In this document: positions 40,660 to 49,556 of the stretch, in pieces
How positions within the stretch are numbered: the first letter of the stretch is position 1
How the letters are laid out: each line of letters starts with the position of its first letter
NCBI GenBank assembly: GCA_027451865.1
Contig: DAIDHW010000001.1
Coordinates: 905,530-969,529 of the forward strand
Source of the DNA: Leptolyngbyaceae cyanobacterium clean351
Lineage (GTDB): Bacteria > Cyanobacteriota > Cyanobacteriia > DAIDHW01
Length of the DNA stretch: 64,000 nt
Direction: 5' to 3'
The notes under the pieces: generated by a model
Database searches by the model: none
What the model was told of the DNA's origin: nothing
The model's input: only the letters and a program-made list of their open reading frames with translations
Program-made: the position numbers and the translations under genes

Positions 40660-40662
40660 GCA

Positions 40663-41175
40663 ATGGCAGACTGGGTTACCGGGGGCGCTACGGTGGTTGT
40701 ATTAGGCATGTTAGTCTGGGGAGCCCGGTCCCGGTCCCCGAAGGCCCTAGAGTTGACCGGCGAGAGGATTGATGTTAACCGGGCCACGGTGGACGACTGG
40801 CTAAAGCTGCCGCTGGTTTCTATTCATCAGGCCAAGGCCCTAGTGCGGTTGCGTAAAGCCGGGGTCCAGCTCCACAGCACCGAAGATCTAGCAGCGGTTT
40901 TGGGCATTCCGGCCCAGAAACTAACTCCCCTCAAGAATCACCTAAGGTTCTGCTACTATGATCCCGATAGTGTCTACACAGCCCATCCCATGGCCGTCAA
41001 TCAGGCCGAGCTTGCTAACCTGGAAAAGTTCCTAGGGCTACCCTTGGCTAAAGCCATGGTTGAGGAACGCCAGACTGGCGGTCCCTTTCGGAATTGGGAG
41101 GATCTACAAACTAGATTGGGATTATCTGGTCCCCTCGTGAGTACCCTCCTGCCCTACCTATACTTTGATGATTAG
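40663..41175 (+). CDS. ComEA-like helix-hairpin-helix DNA-binding protein
   Basis: N-terminal membrane anchor, then IDVNRAT...LPLVSIHQAKALV and a second HhH-like unit (VNQAELANLEKFLGLPLAKAMV). Confidence 0.5.
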   Translation: MADWVTGGATVVVLGMLVWGARSRSPKALELTGERIDVNRATVDDWLKLPLVSIHQAKALVRLRKAGVQLHSTEDLAAVLGIPAQKLTPLKNHLRFCYYDPDSVYTAHPMAVNQAELANLEKFLGLPLAKAMVEERQTGGPFRNWEDLQTRLGLSGPLVSTLLPYLYFDD

Positions 41176-41226
41176 CTCTTCCTCGGGCCGGTATAGACTC
41201 CGTGAACTAGCCAAGGACCTGCCCAT

Positions 41227-41772
41227 ATGAAAGCCGTAGAGACGAAAATCCCCGGGGTAGTTATTTTAGAGCCTCGGGTGTTCGCCGATCAGCGGGGGTT
41301 TTTCTATGAGAGTTTCAACTGCCGAGACTTTCAGTGCCTGACTGGGGCGGCAGTAACCTTTGTCCAAGATAACCACTCCCGTTCCGTTAGTCACGTCCTC
41401 AGAGGCCTCCACTACCAGGTGCGCCAGCCCCAAGGAAAGCTAGTCAGGGTGGCTGTAGGCAGTGTTTTTGATGTGGCGGTGGATCTGCGCCTCCAGTCCC
41501 CCACCTTTGGCCAATGGTTCGGCTGTACCCTCAGTGCCGACAATAAACGGCAGCTGTGGATCCCCCCCGGCTGTGCCCACGGCTTCCTAGTAACAGGGGA
41601 CCAAGCGGAAGTCCTGTACAAAACCACAGACTATTATGCTCCTGAGTACGAACGCTCCCTACTCTGGAGCGACCCGGCCCTGGGGATCGACTGGCCCCTG
41701 ACTGGTGAGCCTATCCTCTCCTCCCGGGACCAGGCTGGGGTCCCCCTAGCTGAGGCCGAGGTTAGCAGCTGA
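41227..41772 (+). CDS. rfbC: dTDP-4-dehydrorhamnose 3,5-epimerase
   Basis: RmlC cupin signature (FADQRGFFYESF...RGLHYQ). Confidence 0.85.
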   Translation: MKAVETKIPGVVILEPRVFADQRGFFYESFNCRDFQCLTGAAVTFVQDNHSRSVSHVLRGLHYQVRQPQGKLVRVAVGSVFDVAVDLRLQSPTFGQWFGCTLSADNKRQLWIPPGCAHGFLVTGDQAEVLYKTTDYYAPEYERSLLWSDPALGIDWPLTGEPILSSRDQAGVPLAEAEVSS

Positions 41773-42662
41773 TGCGGATTATTTTAACCGGAGCTGGCGG
41801 GCAAGTGGGCCGTGAGCTTAAGCGCCTGTTGCCCTCCCAGGGGGAACTGATCCCTCTGGGGCGCCAAGACCTCGACTTGGGTGATCCCCAATCCCTCCAG
41901 GCCGCCATCCGCAACCTAGCTCCTGATCTGGTAGTCAATGCGGCCGCCTACACCGCTGTCGACCGGGCAGAGACGGAGCCGGCGATGGCAGCCCTCGTGA
42001 ACACCCAAGCTCCCCTAATTCTGGCCCAAGAGTGTCAGCGTCAAGGAGCGGGCTTAATTCACATCTCCACAGACTACGTCTTTGATGGTTCCCAAGGTCG
42101 TCCCTACCAGGAGAGCGACTCTCCTGCTCCCCTGGGGGTTTATGGTCATTCCAAGTGGGAGGGTGAAAAGGCGATCCAAGCCCACTGTGACCACTACTGT
42201 ATCCTTCGTACCGCCTGGGTCTACGGTACCCTAGGCAGAAGCAACTTTGTTAAAACTATGCTCAAACTAGGGCGAGAGCGCTCTCGAGTACAGGTGGTCT
42301 GGGACCAGATCGGCGCCCCTACCTGGAGCCGCGACCTAGCGGTCAGTATCCGGGACTTTATCCCCTACTTCCACCCCGGCCGGTCTGGGATTTACCACTT
42401 CACCAACAGTGGAGTAGCTAGCTGGTACGACTTTGCCGTGGCTATTTTTGCCGAGGCGCGCCGCCTGGGAATACCCCTGGCTCTAGAGGAAGTAGTTCCC
42501 ATCCCCACCACCGACTACCCGACTGCTGCGAAACGTCCTGCCTACTCGGTGCTCGATTGGGGAAAGCTAGCCCAAGTGTTGGGCAACTATCCGCCCCCCT
42601 GGCGGACTAGTCTCCGGCTAATGCTCGAGGAACTTTCAACTAGGGAAGATGATCTATCATGA
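41772..42662 (+). CDS. rfbD: dTDP-4-dehydrorhamnose reductase
   Basis: N-terminal Rossmann ILTGAGGQVG and RmlD-like length; start overlaps rfbC stop. Confidence 0.85.
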   Translation: MRIILTGAGGQVGRELKRLLPSQGELIPLGRQDLDLGDPQSLQAAIRNLAPDLVVNAAAYTAVDRAETEPAMAALVNTQAPLILAQECQRQGAGLIHISTDYVFDGSQGRPYQESDSPAPLGVYGHSKWEGEKAIQAHCDHYCILRTAWVYGTLGRSNFVKTMLKLGRERSRVQVVWDQIGAPTWSRDLAVSIRDFIPYFHPGRSGIYHFTNSGVASWYDFAVAIFAEARRLGIPLALEEVVPIPTTDYPTAAKRPAYSVLDWGKLAQVLGNYPPPWRTSLRLMLEELSTREDDLS

Positions 42663-43732
42663 AAGCTCTGATTCTTTCCGGGGGTAAGGGCACTCGCCTG
42701 CGGCCTCTAACCTATACCGGAGCAAAGCAACTAGTACCAGTCGCTAACCAGCCAATTCTTTGGTATGCCATCCAGAGTATCGTGGCGGCCGGAGTGACCG
42801 ATATTGGTATTGTCATTAGCCCAGAAACCGGAGAGGAAGTGCGCACCAAAACCGGGGATGGTAAACGTTTCGGGGCCAACATCACCTACATTCGTCAAGA
42901 ACAACCAGCAGGCCTTGCCCACGCCGTCAAGGTTTCCCGGGAATTTCTTCAGGATTCCCCATTTATCCTCTACCTGGGGGATAACCTGATCCAGAATGAC
43001 CTAGACTGGCTGCTGCACAAGTTTCAACAGCAAAACCTCGACGCCTTGATCCTGCTGCGGCAGGTCCCTAATCCTAGTGCCTTTGGTGTGGCGCTAGTAG
43101 ATGAACAGGGCCGAGTCCTACAGCTACTAGAAAAGCCAGCTACTCCCCCCTCTAATCTCGCCCTAGTAGGAGTATACTTTTTTGCTCCCACCATCCACCA
43201 GGCAATCGCCAGCATCCAGCCCTCAGCCCGGGGGGAGCTAGAGATCACCGATGCCATCCAAGCCCTGATCCACCAAGGACAAACCGTCGAGGCCTGCCAG
43301 CTAGAGGGTTGGTGGCTAGACACCGGTAAAAAGGACGACCTTCTAGAAGCCAACCGCATCATTCTTGATACTTGCCTAACCACCAGCATTGATGGGGAGG
43401 TAGACGCCAAGACCCAAATCCTCGGCCGCGTCCAGGTTGACCGGGGGACACGGGTGATTAACTCTACCCTACGGGGCCCCGTGATTGTTGGTCGCAACTG
43501 TCACCTGGAAAACTGCTTCATTGGACCCTATACCAGCATCGCTGACGGTGTCACCCTGATCGATGCCGACCTAGAGCATAGCGTTCTCCTGGAAGGATCA
43601 CGCTTGGTGGGGATTCAGCAACGAATTGTCGACAGCGTCATCGGCCAGCGGGCCCATCTATGGCATGCTCCGCGTCGCCCTAAGGCTCTACGGTTTATGA
43701 TTGGGGATGACTCCCAAATTGAGCTAATCTGA
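42659..43732 (+). CDS. rfbA: glucose-1-phosphate thymidylyltransferase (long form)
   Basis: N-terminal LILSGGKGTRLRPLT nucleotidyltransferase motif; 357 aa with a C-terminal left-handed beta-helix-like extension. Confidence 0.8.
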   Translation: MKALILSGGKGTRLRPLTYTGAKQLVPVANQPILWYAIQSIVAAGVTDIGIVISPETGEEVRTKTGDGKRFGANITYIRQEQPAGLAHAVKVSREFLQDSPFILYLGDNLIQNDLDWLLHKFQQQNLDALILLRQVPNPSAFGVALVDEQGRVLQLLEKPATPPSNLALVGVYFFAPTIHQAIASIQPSARGELEITDAIQALIHQGQTVEACQLEGWWLDTGKKDDLLEANRIILDTCLTTSIDGEVDAKTQILGRVQVDRGTRVINSTLRGPVIVGRNCHLENCFIGPYTSIADGVTLIDADLEHSVLLEGSRLVGIQQRIVDSVIGQRAHLWHAPRRPKALRFMIGDDSQIELI

Positions 43733-43750
43733 GGGGTGAACCCCTGGGGT

Positions 43751-44074
43751 TTAGGCCTGTCTTTCCAAATCGGACTTCATTCGCACTAGGGCGATATTCA
43801 TCTGCTCAAACATCTGCTGGGGGGTGATCCCAAGCTGTCCTAGGGGCGTACGCATCTGCTGAAGGGTCATTTGAGCCATAAAGTCATCAGACAGCTCGAA
43901 GCGCTTCATGAAGATGCGATAGCGGTCCAGAATTCCCTCCATCTGCTCAAGGAAAGCACGTTTCCCTTCCCGGTCAAATTTCCCGTAGTTAACCCCTAGC
44001 TGAATCAGGGATTGGTAATCTTCAAAAAGACGTTGGGCTTCTTGTTGAACAATTTCTGAATCAAAAAATCCCAT
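43751..44074 (-). CDS. hypothetical protein
   Basis: 107-aa helical ORF, protein-like composition, no recognisable motif. Confidence 0.45.
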   Translation of the reverse strand: MGFFDSEIVQQEAQRLFEDYQSLIQLGVNYGKFDREGKRAFLEQMEGILDRYRIFMKRFELSDDFMAQMTLQQMRTPLGQLGITPQQMFEQMNIALVRMKSDLERQA

Positions 44075-44219
44075 GGCACCACTTTCTCAATAGGCTCGAC
44101 TCGACTAGCGCTTCCCTTACAGGGTGGCAGTCATGCTTTGATCCTACCCCAGGCAGAAGGAGCGCTCAGCTTGGTAATCCCCCCCTAACCAGGACGGTTA
44201 ACCGTCCCTATCCAACCTG

Positions 44220-45362
44220 TTACTGATTGGGATTAAAGTGGGTAACTACCGCTGCCGTCCCGGCCTGGGCACTGTCAAAGACGACCTGGGATCCTTGAAA
44301 TTTGCCGATGGCCTGGGGACCTGTAGACTCGAAGGTTGGGTGCTGCTGGTTGTAGACTACATGCCCCGTGGCCACGAAGGCCTGCTGCGGCACGTTCCAG
44401 GTGAATTGGTCACTGGTAAGGACGGAATGGTTAGCCTGGCCAAAGCCGTGGACGTTGCCCTGTAAATAAACAATGTGTCGGTTGAGGTCCATCTGACCGG
44501 TGTCTCCGTGCATGGTGATGCCTTGTAGACGTTGAGTGACCTGGAGGGGTTGATCGGAGACTAGAGTCTTTTGGTCGACATTCCAGGTTAATTGGGGGCT
44601 CTGGATAGTAATTGGGGGAGAGCCGAGGGTCATGATGCTATGGTTAGCAATCTGCACCTGCTTGAGGCGCAGATTAACTTGGGCTTGGTTACCTTGAGCC
44701 CAATCGCTGATGTTGTCACCTTGGTAGTGGTCCACACGAGTGGGCTCATTACTAGTGAACAGCCCAGTGGAGATTGCCCAGGTCAGGGAGTTGGTGTGGA
44801 TATGCAGAGGTGGTTGCTTAGTGATCCCCAAAACATTACCGGTGAGGATCATCTGGTCAGTACGGTTAAACAGTCGGGCCTGCTGGGCCGTAGCGGAAAA
44901 TTGAGGATGGGTAACCACTACATGATTAGTGACGGTCATTTGGTCTTGGGCGGGGAGCCAGGTCCCTTCATCTCCCCGTAAGCGTGCCCCATCCTTAGTC
45001 TGGGTGATCACCACTCGGCCGAAGAGCTGAATCATTTTGCCGTTGCGCAGTACCTTACCCCGCAGAGCGGTAAACAGGTAGGCTACCTTACCATCCTGGA
45101 AGATTTGACCGTGGGGAGCTAGGATGTGGGCAATCTGCTGGTCATGGCTATAGACCACCTGGCGGCCCCAGATCTGCCACAGGGGATGACCATGTACGTC
45201 TGACTGCTCCAGGCGGATATCCTTAAGAACCAGACTGCCCCCTAGCCGACGGGGATCGGACTCCTGGGCAGGTTTGGGGTTACGACTACAAGCTGTTCCT
45301 AACCAGAGGAAACTACAGGCTAGTAATACAGGCAGTAAGGTCCTAACCCGGTTCCGATTCAT
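44220..45362 (-). CDS. OstA/LptA-like periplasmic protein
   Basis: Signal peptide/lipobox (LLACSFLWLGTACS) then repeated TGNV / NHVVVT / LQGNVHG beta-strand motifs typical of the OstA fold. Start at internal ATG; ORF extends to 45464. Confidence 0.45.
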   Translation of the reverse strand: MNRNRVRTLLPVLLACSFLWLGTACSRNPKPAQESDPRRLGGSLVLKDIRLEQSDVHGHPLWQIWGRQVVYSHDQQIAHILAPHGQIFQDGKVAYLFTALRGKVLRNGKMIQLFGRVVITQTKDGARLRGDEGTWLPAQDQMTVTNHVVVTHPQFSATAQQARLFNRTDQMILTGNVLGITKQPPLHIHTNSLTWAISTGLFTSNEPTRVDHYQGDNISDWAQGNQAQVNLRLKQVQIANHSIMTLGSPPITIQSPQLTWNVDQKTLVSDQPLQVTQRLQGITMHGDTGQMDLNRHIVYLQGNVHGFGQANHSVLTSDQFTWNVPQQAFVATGHVVYNQQHPTFESTGPQAIGKFQGSQVVFDSAQAGTAAVVTHFNPNQ

Positions 45363-45945
45363 CGGCAAAGCCCATTCCCAGCAAGGGCCGGTAGGAATAA
45401 TTGCGGGGGTTTTTTTGGATGTCTTGCTTAATGCTATCCAGGTCGATGTAACGGTCGGCCACATTAATCAGGCTGTCGCTGGTCATGGAACGCAGACTTA
45501 CCACCTCCACCCGCACCCCCCGGTAACTGACAGCATCCACGGCGTAGGCCAGGTCACCGTCACCACTGACCAGAATCGAGGTATCATAGGAGCCTACCAG
45601 AGACATCATGTCAACGGCAATTTCCACATCCAAGTTAGCCTTCTTTGAGCCATCTGGGAGCTGAATTAGGTCCTTGGAGATGACCCGGTAACCATTACGA
45701 CGCATCCACAGGAGGAAACCCTGTTGTTTTTCGTTGGTGCGGTCGACGCCGGTATAGAAGAAGGACCTGAGCAAACGAGAACCATTGGTTAGCCGGCACA
45801 GGAGTTTGGTGTAGTCAATTTCAATGCCCAGCTGTAAGGCAGCGTAAAACAGGTTGGAGCCATCAATAAAAATTGCCACCCGGCCACGATTTTCTAACAC
45901 TTGTTCTGGAGTTAATCCAGAATTGCGATCGACGGGGTTCAGCAT
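45343..45945 (-). CDS. NYN-domain protein (LabA-like)
   Basis: VAIFIDGSNLFY...ILVSGDGDLAY motifs of the NYN/LabA family. Confidence 0.7.
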   Translation of the reverse strand: MLNPVDRNSGLTPEQVLENRGRVAIFIDGSNLFYAALQLGIEIDYTKLLCRLTNGSRLLRSFFYTGVDRTNEKQQGFLLWMRRNGYRVISKDLIQLPDGSKKANLDVEIAVDMMSLVGSYDTSILVSGDGDLAYAVDAVSYRGVRVEVVSLRSMTSDSLINVADRYIDLDSIKQDIQKNPRNYSYRPLLGMGFADESEPG

Positions 45946-45992
45946 GTTTTTTATACCTCGAATTATGACAAGACGTTTCCAGTAAGTAAAAA

Positions 45993-47588
45993 TTAAGCGG
46001 ACTGCAGCTCAAGACGGCAAAAAACAGGGTAGGGCTCGAGGACTAGACGGCCTGGATCTAGGATGCCCCAACTTTCGTGGCCGGCCAACAGAGGTCGGAC
46101 TTGGGCACCACTAGGGGAGTTGAGACCCATGGGGTAGCCAAGTTGCCTGTAGATATCGCTGCTAGTGCGAGGAATGACCGGTGAGAGCCAGTAGGCTCCC
46201 AGACGCACACTCTCTAGCACTGTGTAAAGCACCTCGGCCACCCCAGCTTGGTCTCCCTGCTTATACAAGGACCAGGGGGCCCGACTATCGATAAACTGGT
46301 TACCAGCTCGGACCAGATTTAAGACTGAGGTGCAAGCCCCACTGAAATCTAAGGCCTCGTAAGCGGCTTCTATGTCTGGGGTTAGGGCAGTGCCCAGGGA
46401 TTTAAGGGGGTGGGTGTCTGCTAAGGCGCCGGGATCGGGTACAGCTCCAGCACAGTATTTATGAACCATTTTGAGGGTCCGATTGAGGAGATTCCCCAAA
46501 TCATTAGCTAGATCCGCATTGACGATCTGGACAAAACGGGTCTCACTAAAGTCTCCATCTCGTCCCCAGTCAATCTCCTTAGCAAAGTAGTAGCGCAGGG
46601 CCTCCGATCCGTGCCGCTCTACTAAGGCCAGGGGGTCTAGGGTATTACCCAAGCTCTTACCCATTTTGCGACCATCTTTGGTCAGGAAACCGTGACCGAA
46701 GACACACCTGGGCAAAGACAGCCCCGCTGACAGGAGCATCGCCGGCCAATAAACAGCATGAAACCGGAGGATATCCTTGCCGATGAGGTGCAGATTAATA
46801 GGCCACCAATGGTTGAGGGCATTATCCAGGGTGGGGGGTTGACCAGGCTCAACCAGAGCGCTAATGTACCCCAACAGAGCATCAAACCAAACGTAAAGGG
46901 TCTGGTCTAGGTCTGCAGGCACTGGTATACCCCACGGCAGATCCACCCGGGAGATGGAAAAGTCTTCTAGGCCCTGGCTGACGAAACTGAGGACTTCATT
47001 GCGGCGGCTAACGGGTTGAATGAAGTCGGGATGCTCATCGTACCAGGCCTCTAGTTTGGTTTGATAGCGCGAGAGGCGAAAGAAGTAATTGATTTCGTCG
47101 CGCCACTCACAGGTTAGGTTGGGATGAATGGCACAGCCGTGGCTCTCATCTAAGTCTTTTTCCTCCTTAAACTCTTCGCAGGCAACGCAATACCAGCCCT
47201 GTTGCCGACCCTGATATATATCCCCTTGATCCCAAACACGCTGGAAGAACTCTGCCACAATCTGGGCGTGGCTGGGACTAGTGGTGCGAACAAAGCGGTC
47301 CCATTGAATATCAAGTTTTTCCCAAAGCGACTGATAACCAGCAGCAATTTGGTCGCAGTGGGCTTGGGGAGTTTGGTGTCGCCCCTCGGCGGTGCGTTGG
47401 ATTTTTTGGCCGTGTTCATCCGTCCCAGTCACTAGGAGCACCTCCCGCCCCCGGAGGCGCTGAAATCTGGCGACTATGTCAGCCCCAATAGTAGTGTAGG
47501 CACTGCCAATGTGTGGCAGGTCATTTACGTAGTAGAGGGGGGTAGTGATGGTGAAAGGGGCGGAATTAGGAATAGACCGCTGATCCAT
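45993..47588 (-). CDS. metG: methionine--tRNA ligase
   Basis: HIGH-type motif (LPHIGSAYT), KMSKS-type motif (KMGKSLGN) and a zinc-knuckle-like Cys region. Confidence 0.85.
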   Translation of the reverse strand: MDQRSIPNSAPFTITTPLYYVNDLPHIGSAYTTIGADIVARFQRLRGREVLLVTGTDEHGQKIQRTAEGRHQTPQAHCDQIAAGYQSLWEKLDIQWDRFVRTTSPSHAQIVAEFFQRVWDQGDIYQGRQQGWYCVACEEFKEEKDLDESHGCAIHPNLTCEWRDEINYFFRLSRYQTKLEAWYDEHPDFIQPVSRRNEVLSFVSQGLEDFSISRVDLPWGIPVPADLDQTLYVWFDALLGYISALVEPGQPPTLDNALNHWWPINLHLIGKDILRFHAVYWPAMLLSAGLSLPRCVFGHGFLTKDGRKMGKSLGNTLDPLALVERHGSEALRYYFAKEIDWGRDGDFSETRFVQIVNADLANDLGNLLNRTLKMVHKYCAGAVPDPGALADTHPLKSLGTALTPDIEAAYEALDFSGACTSVLNLVRAGNQFIDSRAPWSLYKQGDQAGVAEVLYTVLESVRLGAYWLSPVIPRTSSDIYRQLGYPMGLNSPSGAQVRPLLAGHESWGILDPGRLVLEPYPVFCRLELQSA

Positions 47589-47886
47589 GAATAGTTATTA
47601 GTCCTGATTAAGCTTGTGTTCAAAGATTCTTATACGAAGGCGGATAACGAGGCGAAAAGGGGGAGTGCTAATAAGGCGACTGTGAGTTTTTACTTACTCA
47701 GGAAAGCATAACACGTCTTCCCGATCGACCTGGTCGGAGAGCCTTGGGATGGCAGGAACAAGTAAGAGCCTTTTAGAGGGAAAATGCCCAAGCCAGGCTG
47801 ATCCCCTGGAATTTTAAAGATATGCTTAAGAGTCATGGGCCTTTCTCTGTTCAAAGGCCTGGTGGGCAGCTTAAAGAACTTCGAAC

Positions 47887-48591
47887 ATGACTGAAGCTAA
47901 ATCTGTTGTAATTGCTCGCCAGCTCCTGAGTGCCCTAGGGGTCCAGTGCCGAAGCCCTCTCAAGCTGGAGTTTTCCTGTCCAGTCCTGTTGGTAAGCAAC
48001 CACCGCAGTGTCTTAGATGCTCTAATCCTGATGGTGAGCCTGGGGCGACCAGTGCACTTTGTTTGTCATCCCTACATGACTCGTGTGCCGGTTCTCAGCC
48101 ACCTGGTAGCTCTTTTGGGGGGTTTTGCCCTTGAGCGGTCCCAGGGGCAGACTGGCTGGTTTGACCCGGCAGCCGAGCTGTTGCAGGCAGGGAAAGCAGT
48201 GGGAGTTTTCCCAGAAGGGGCAGCTGGTATGGTACAGGTCACATCCCCCAATCATGTCGGTCGGTTTAGGCGAGGTTTTGCTCACTTGGCCTTTCAGGTG
48301 CCCATCCCCGAATTACAAGTTGTACCGGTAGCGATCTCATCGGTGCGGGAGCAGGTCAGTCCCCTACTACCCCTGCGCCTATTCCAGCAGTTTGACCCGG
48401 CCGAACCTTTATTTGACCAAGAGCACTGGCACCCGTTAGTGCTGTATCAAGAAGTGCGACTTGCCCTCGGGCGCCCCTGGCTGATTCGTGAACCAGACCG
48501 GTGTAAATACCGAGGCCGCCAGGGACGAGCGCTAGTGCGGGAACTGACTACCTACTGCGAAACCGAAGTGAATCACCTATTGTCGATTTGA
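47887..48591 (+). CDS. lysophospholipid acyltransferase (PlsC-like)
   Basis: Acyltransferase HX4D (NHRSVLD) and FPEG motifs. Confidence 0.65.
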   Translation: MTEAKSVVIARQLLSALGVQCRSPLKLEFSCPVLLVSNHRSVLDALILMVSLGRPVHFVCHPYMTRVPVLSHLVALLGGFALERSQGQTGWFDPAAELLQAGKAVGVFPEGAAGMVQVTSPNHVGRFRRGFAHLAFQVPIPELQVVPVAISSVREQVSPLLPLRLFQQFDPAEPLFDQEHWHPLVLYQEVRLALGRPWLIREPDRCKYRGRQGRALVRELTTYCETEVNHLLSI

Positions 48592-49388
48592 CCCTGATGG
48601 TACCTGACAATCATCCGTACCTCCTTACCCCTTTTGATCCCCAACCCTGGGCACCCTTGTTAGTGTTTTTCCCTGGTTTGGATGGTTCCGGGGAACTGTT
48701 CTATAACCAAGCCCAGAGCCTGAGAAAGCACTTTGACCTGCGTTGCCTGACCATTCCCAATCACAACTTCATGGACTGGTCAGAATTGACGGAGGCGTCA
48801 TTGGCATTAATTAGCCAAGAACTCCAGGATGCCCAGCGACCCGCCTACCTTTGCGGCGAGTCCTTTGGCGGGTGTCTAGCCTTGCTAACGGTGTTAATGG
48901 CTCCGCAACTTTTTAGTCACCTGGTCCTGGTCAATCCAGCTTCATCCCTGAGGCACCGCCCCTGGATTGGTTGGGGGGCAGGACTCACCCAGGGCCTACC
49001 GGAGCCAGTCTATAAATTCTCATCTACCCTGCTGATCCCCTGGTTGGCAGCCTTACCCCGCTTAAGTAAGGTCAATCGAGAGGCCTTGCTTGCGCGAATG
49101 CAGGCAGTGGATCCTGCCACCTGCAGCTGGCGTATCTCCCTACTGCAAAAGTTTCAAGTGTCCCCAGCCCAGCTAGCCAGGCTTTCCCTGCCGGTGCTAG
49201 TGGTGGTCAGTGAGAAAGACCGACTTTTGCCTTCGGTCAAGGAGGCACAAACCTTAGCCCAAGCAATCCCTCAGCTTTATCAGTACTTCCTACCGGACAG
49301 TGGTCATGCCTGTCTACTAGAGCAGGAGGTAGACCTGGGGCAGATCCTAGGGTCGATGAACCTTTTACCCACCCCAGCCAAGGCTTAG
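48588..49388 (+). CDS. alpha/beta-fold hydrolase
   Basis: Nucleophile elbow GESFGG; start overlaps the upstream stop. Confidence 0.6.
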   Translation: MTLMVPDNHPYLLTPFDPQPWAPLLVFFPGLDGSGELFYNQAQSLRKHFDLRCLTIPNHNFMDWSELTEASLALISQELQDAQRPAYLCGESFGGCLALLTVLMAPQLFSHLVLVNPASSLRHRPWIGWGAGLTQGLPEPVYKFSSTLLIPWLAALPRLSKVNREALLARMQAVDPATCSWRISLLQKFQVSPAQLARLSLPVLVVVSEKDRLLPSVKEAQTLAQAIPQLYQYFLPDSGHACLLEQEVDLGQILGSMNLLPTPAKA

Positions 49389-49556
49389 ACCTCTGTTATG
49401 CTGAGGGAGCACTCTCCTAGCCTGGGGTTCTCTTGCTGAACGACGCCTTAGCCTAAAGGTAGTTAGCTCAACCTCCCGGGGTTTTTAATCGGGAGGATTG
49501 GCTCTAGAATCATTTATCCATCTTTGCCAGGATAAGTAGGTACCCTCCTCTCACCT

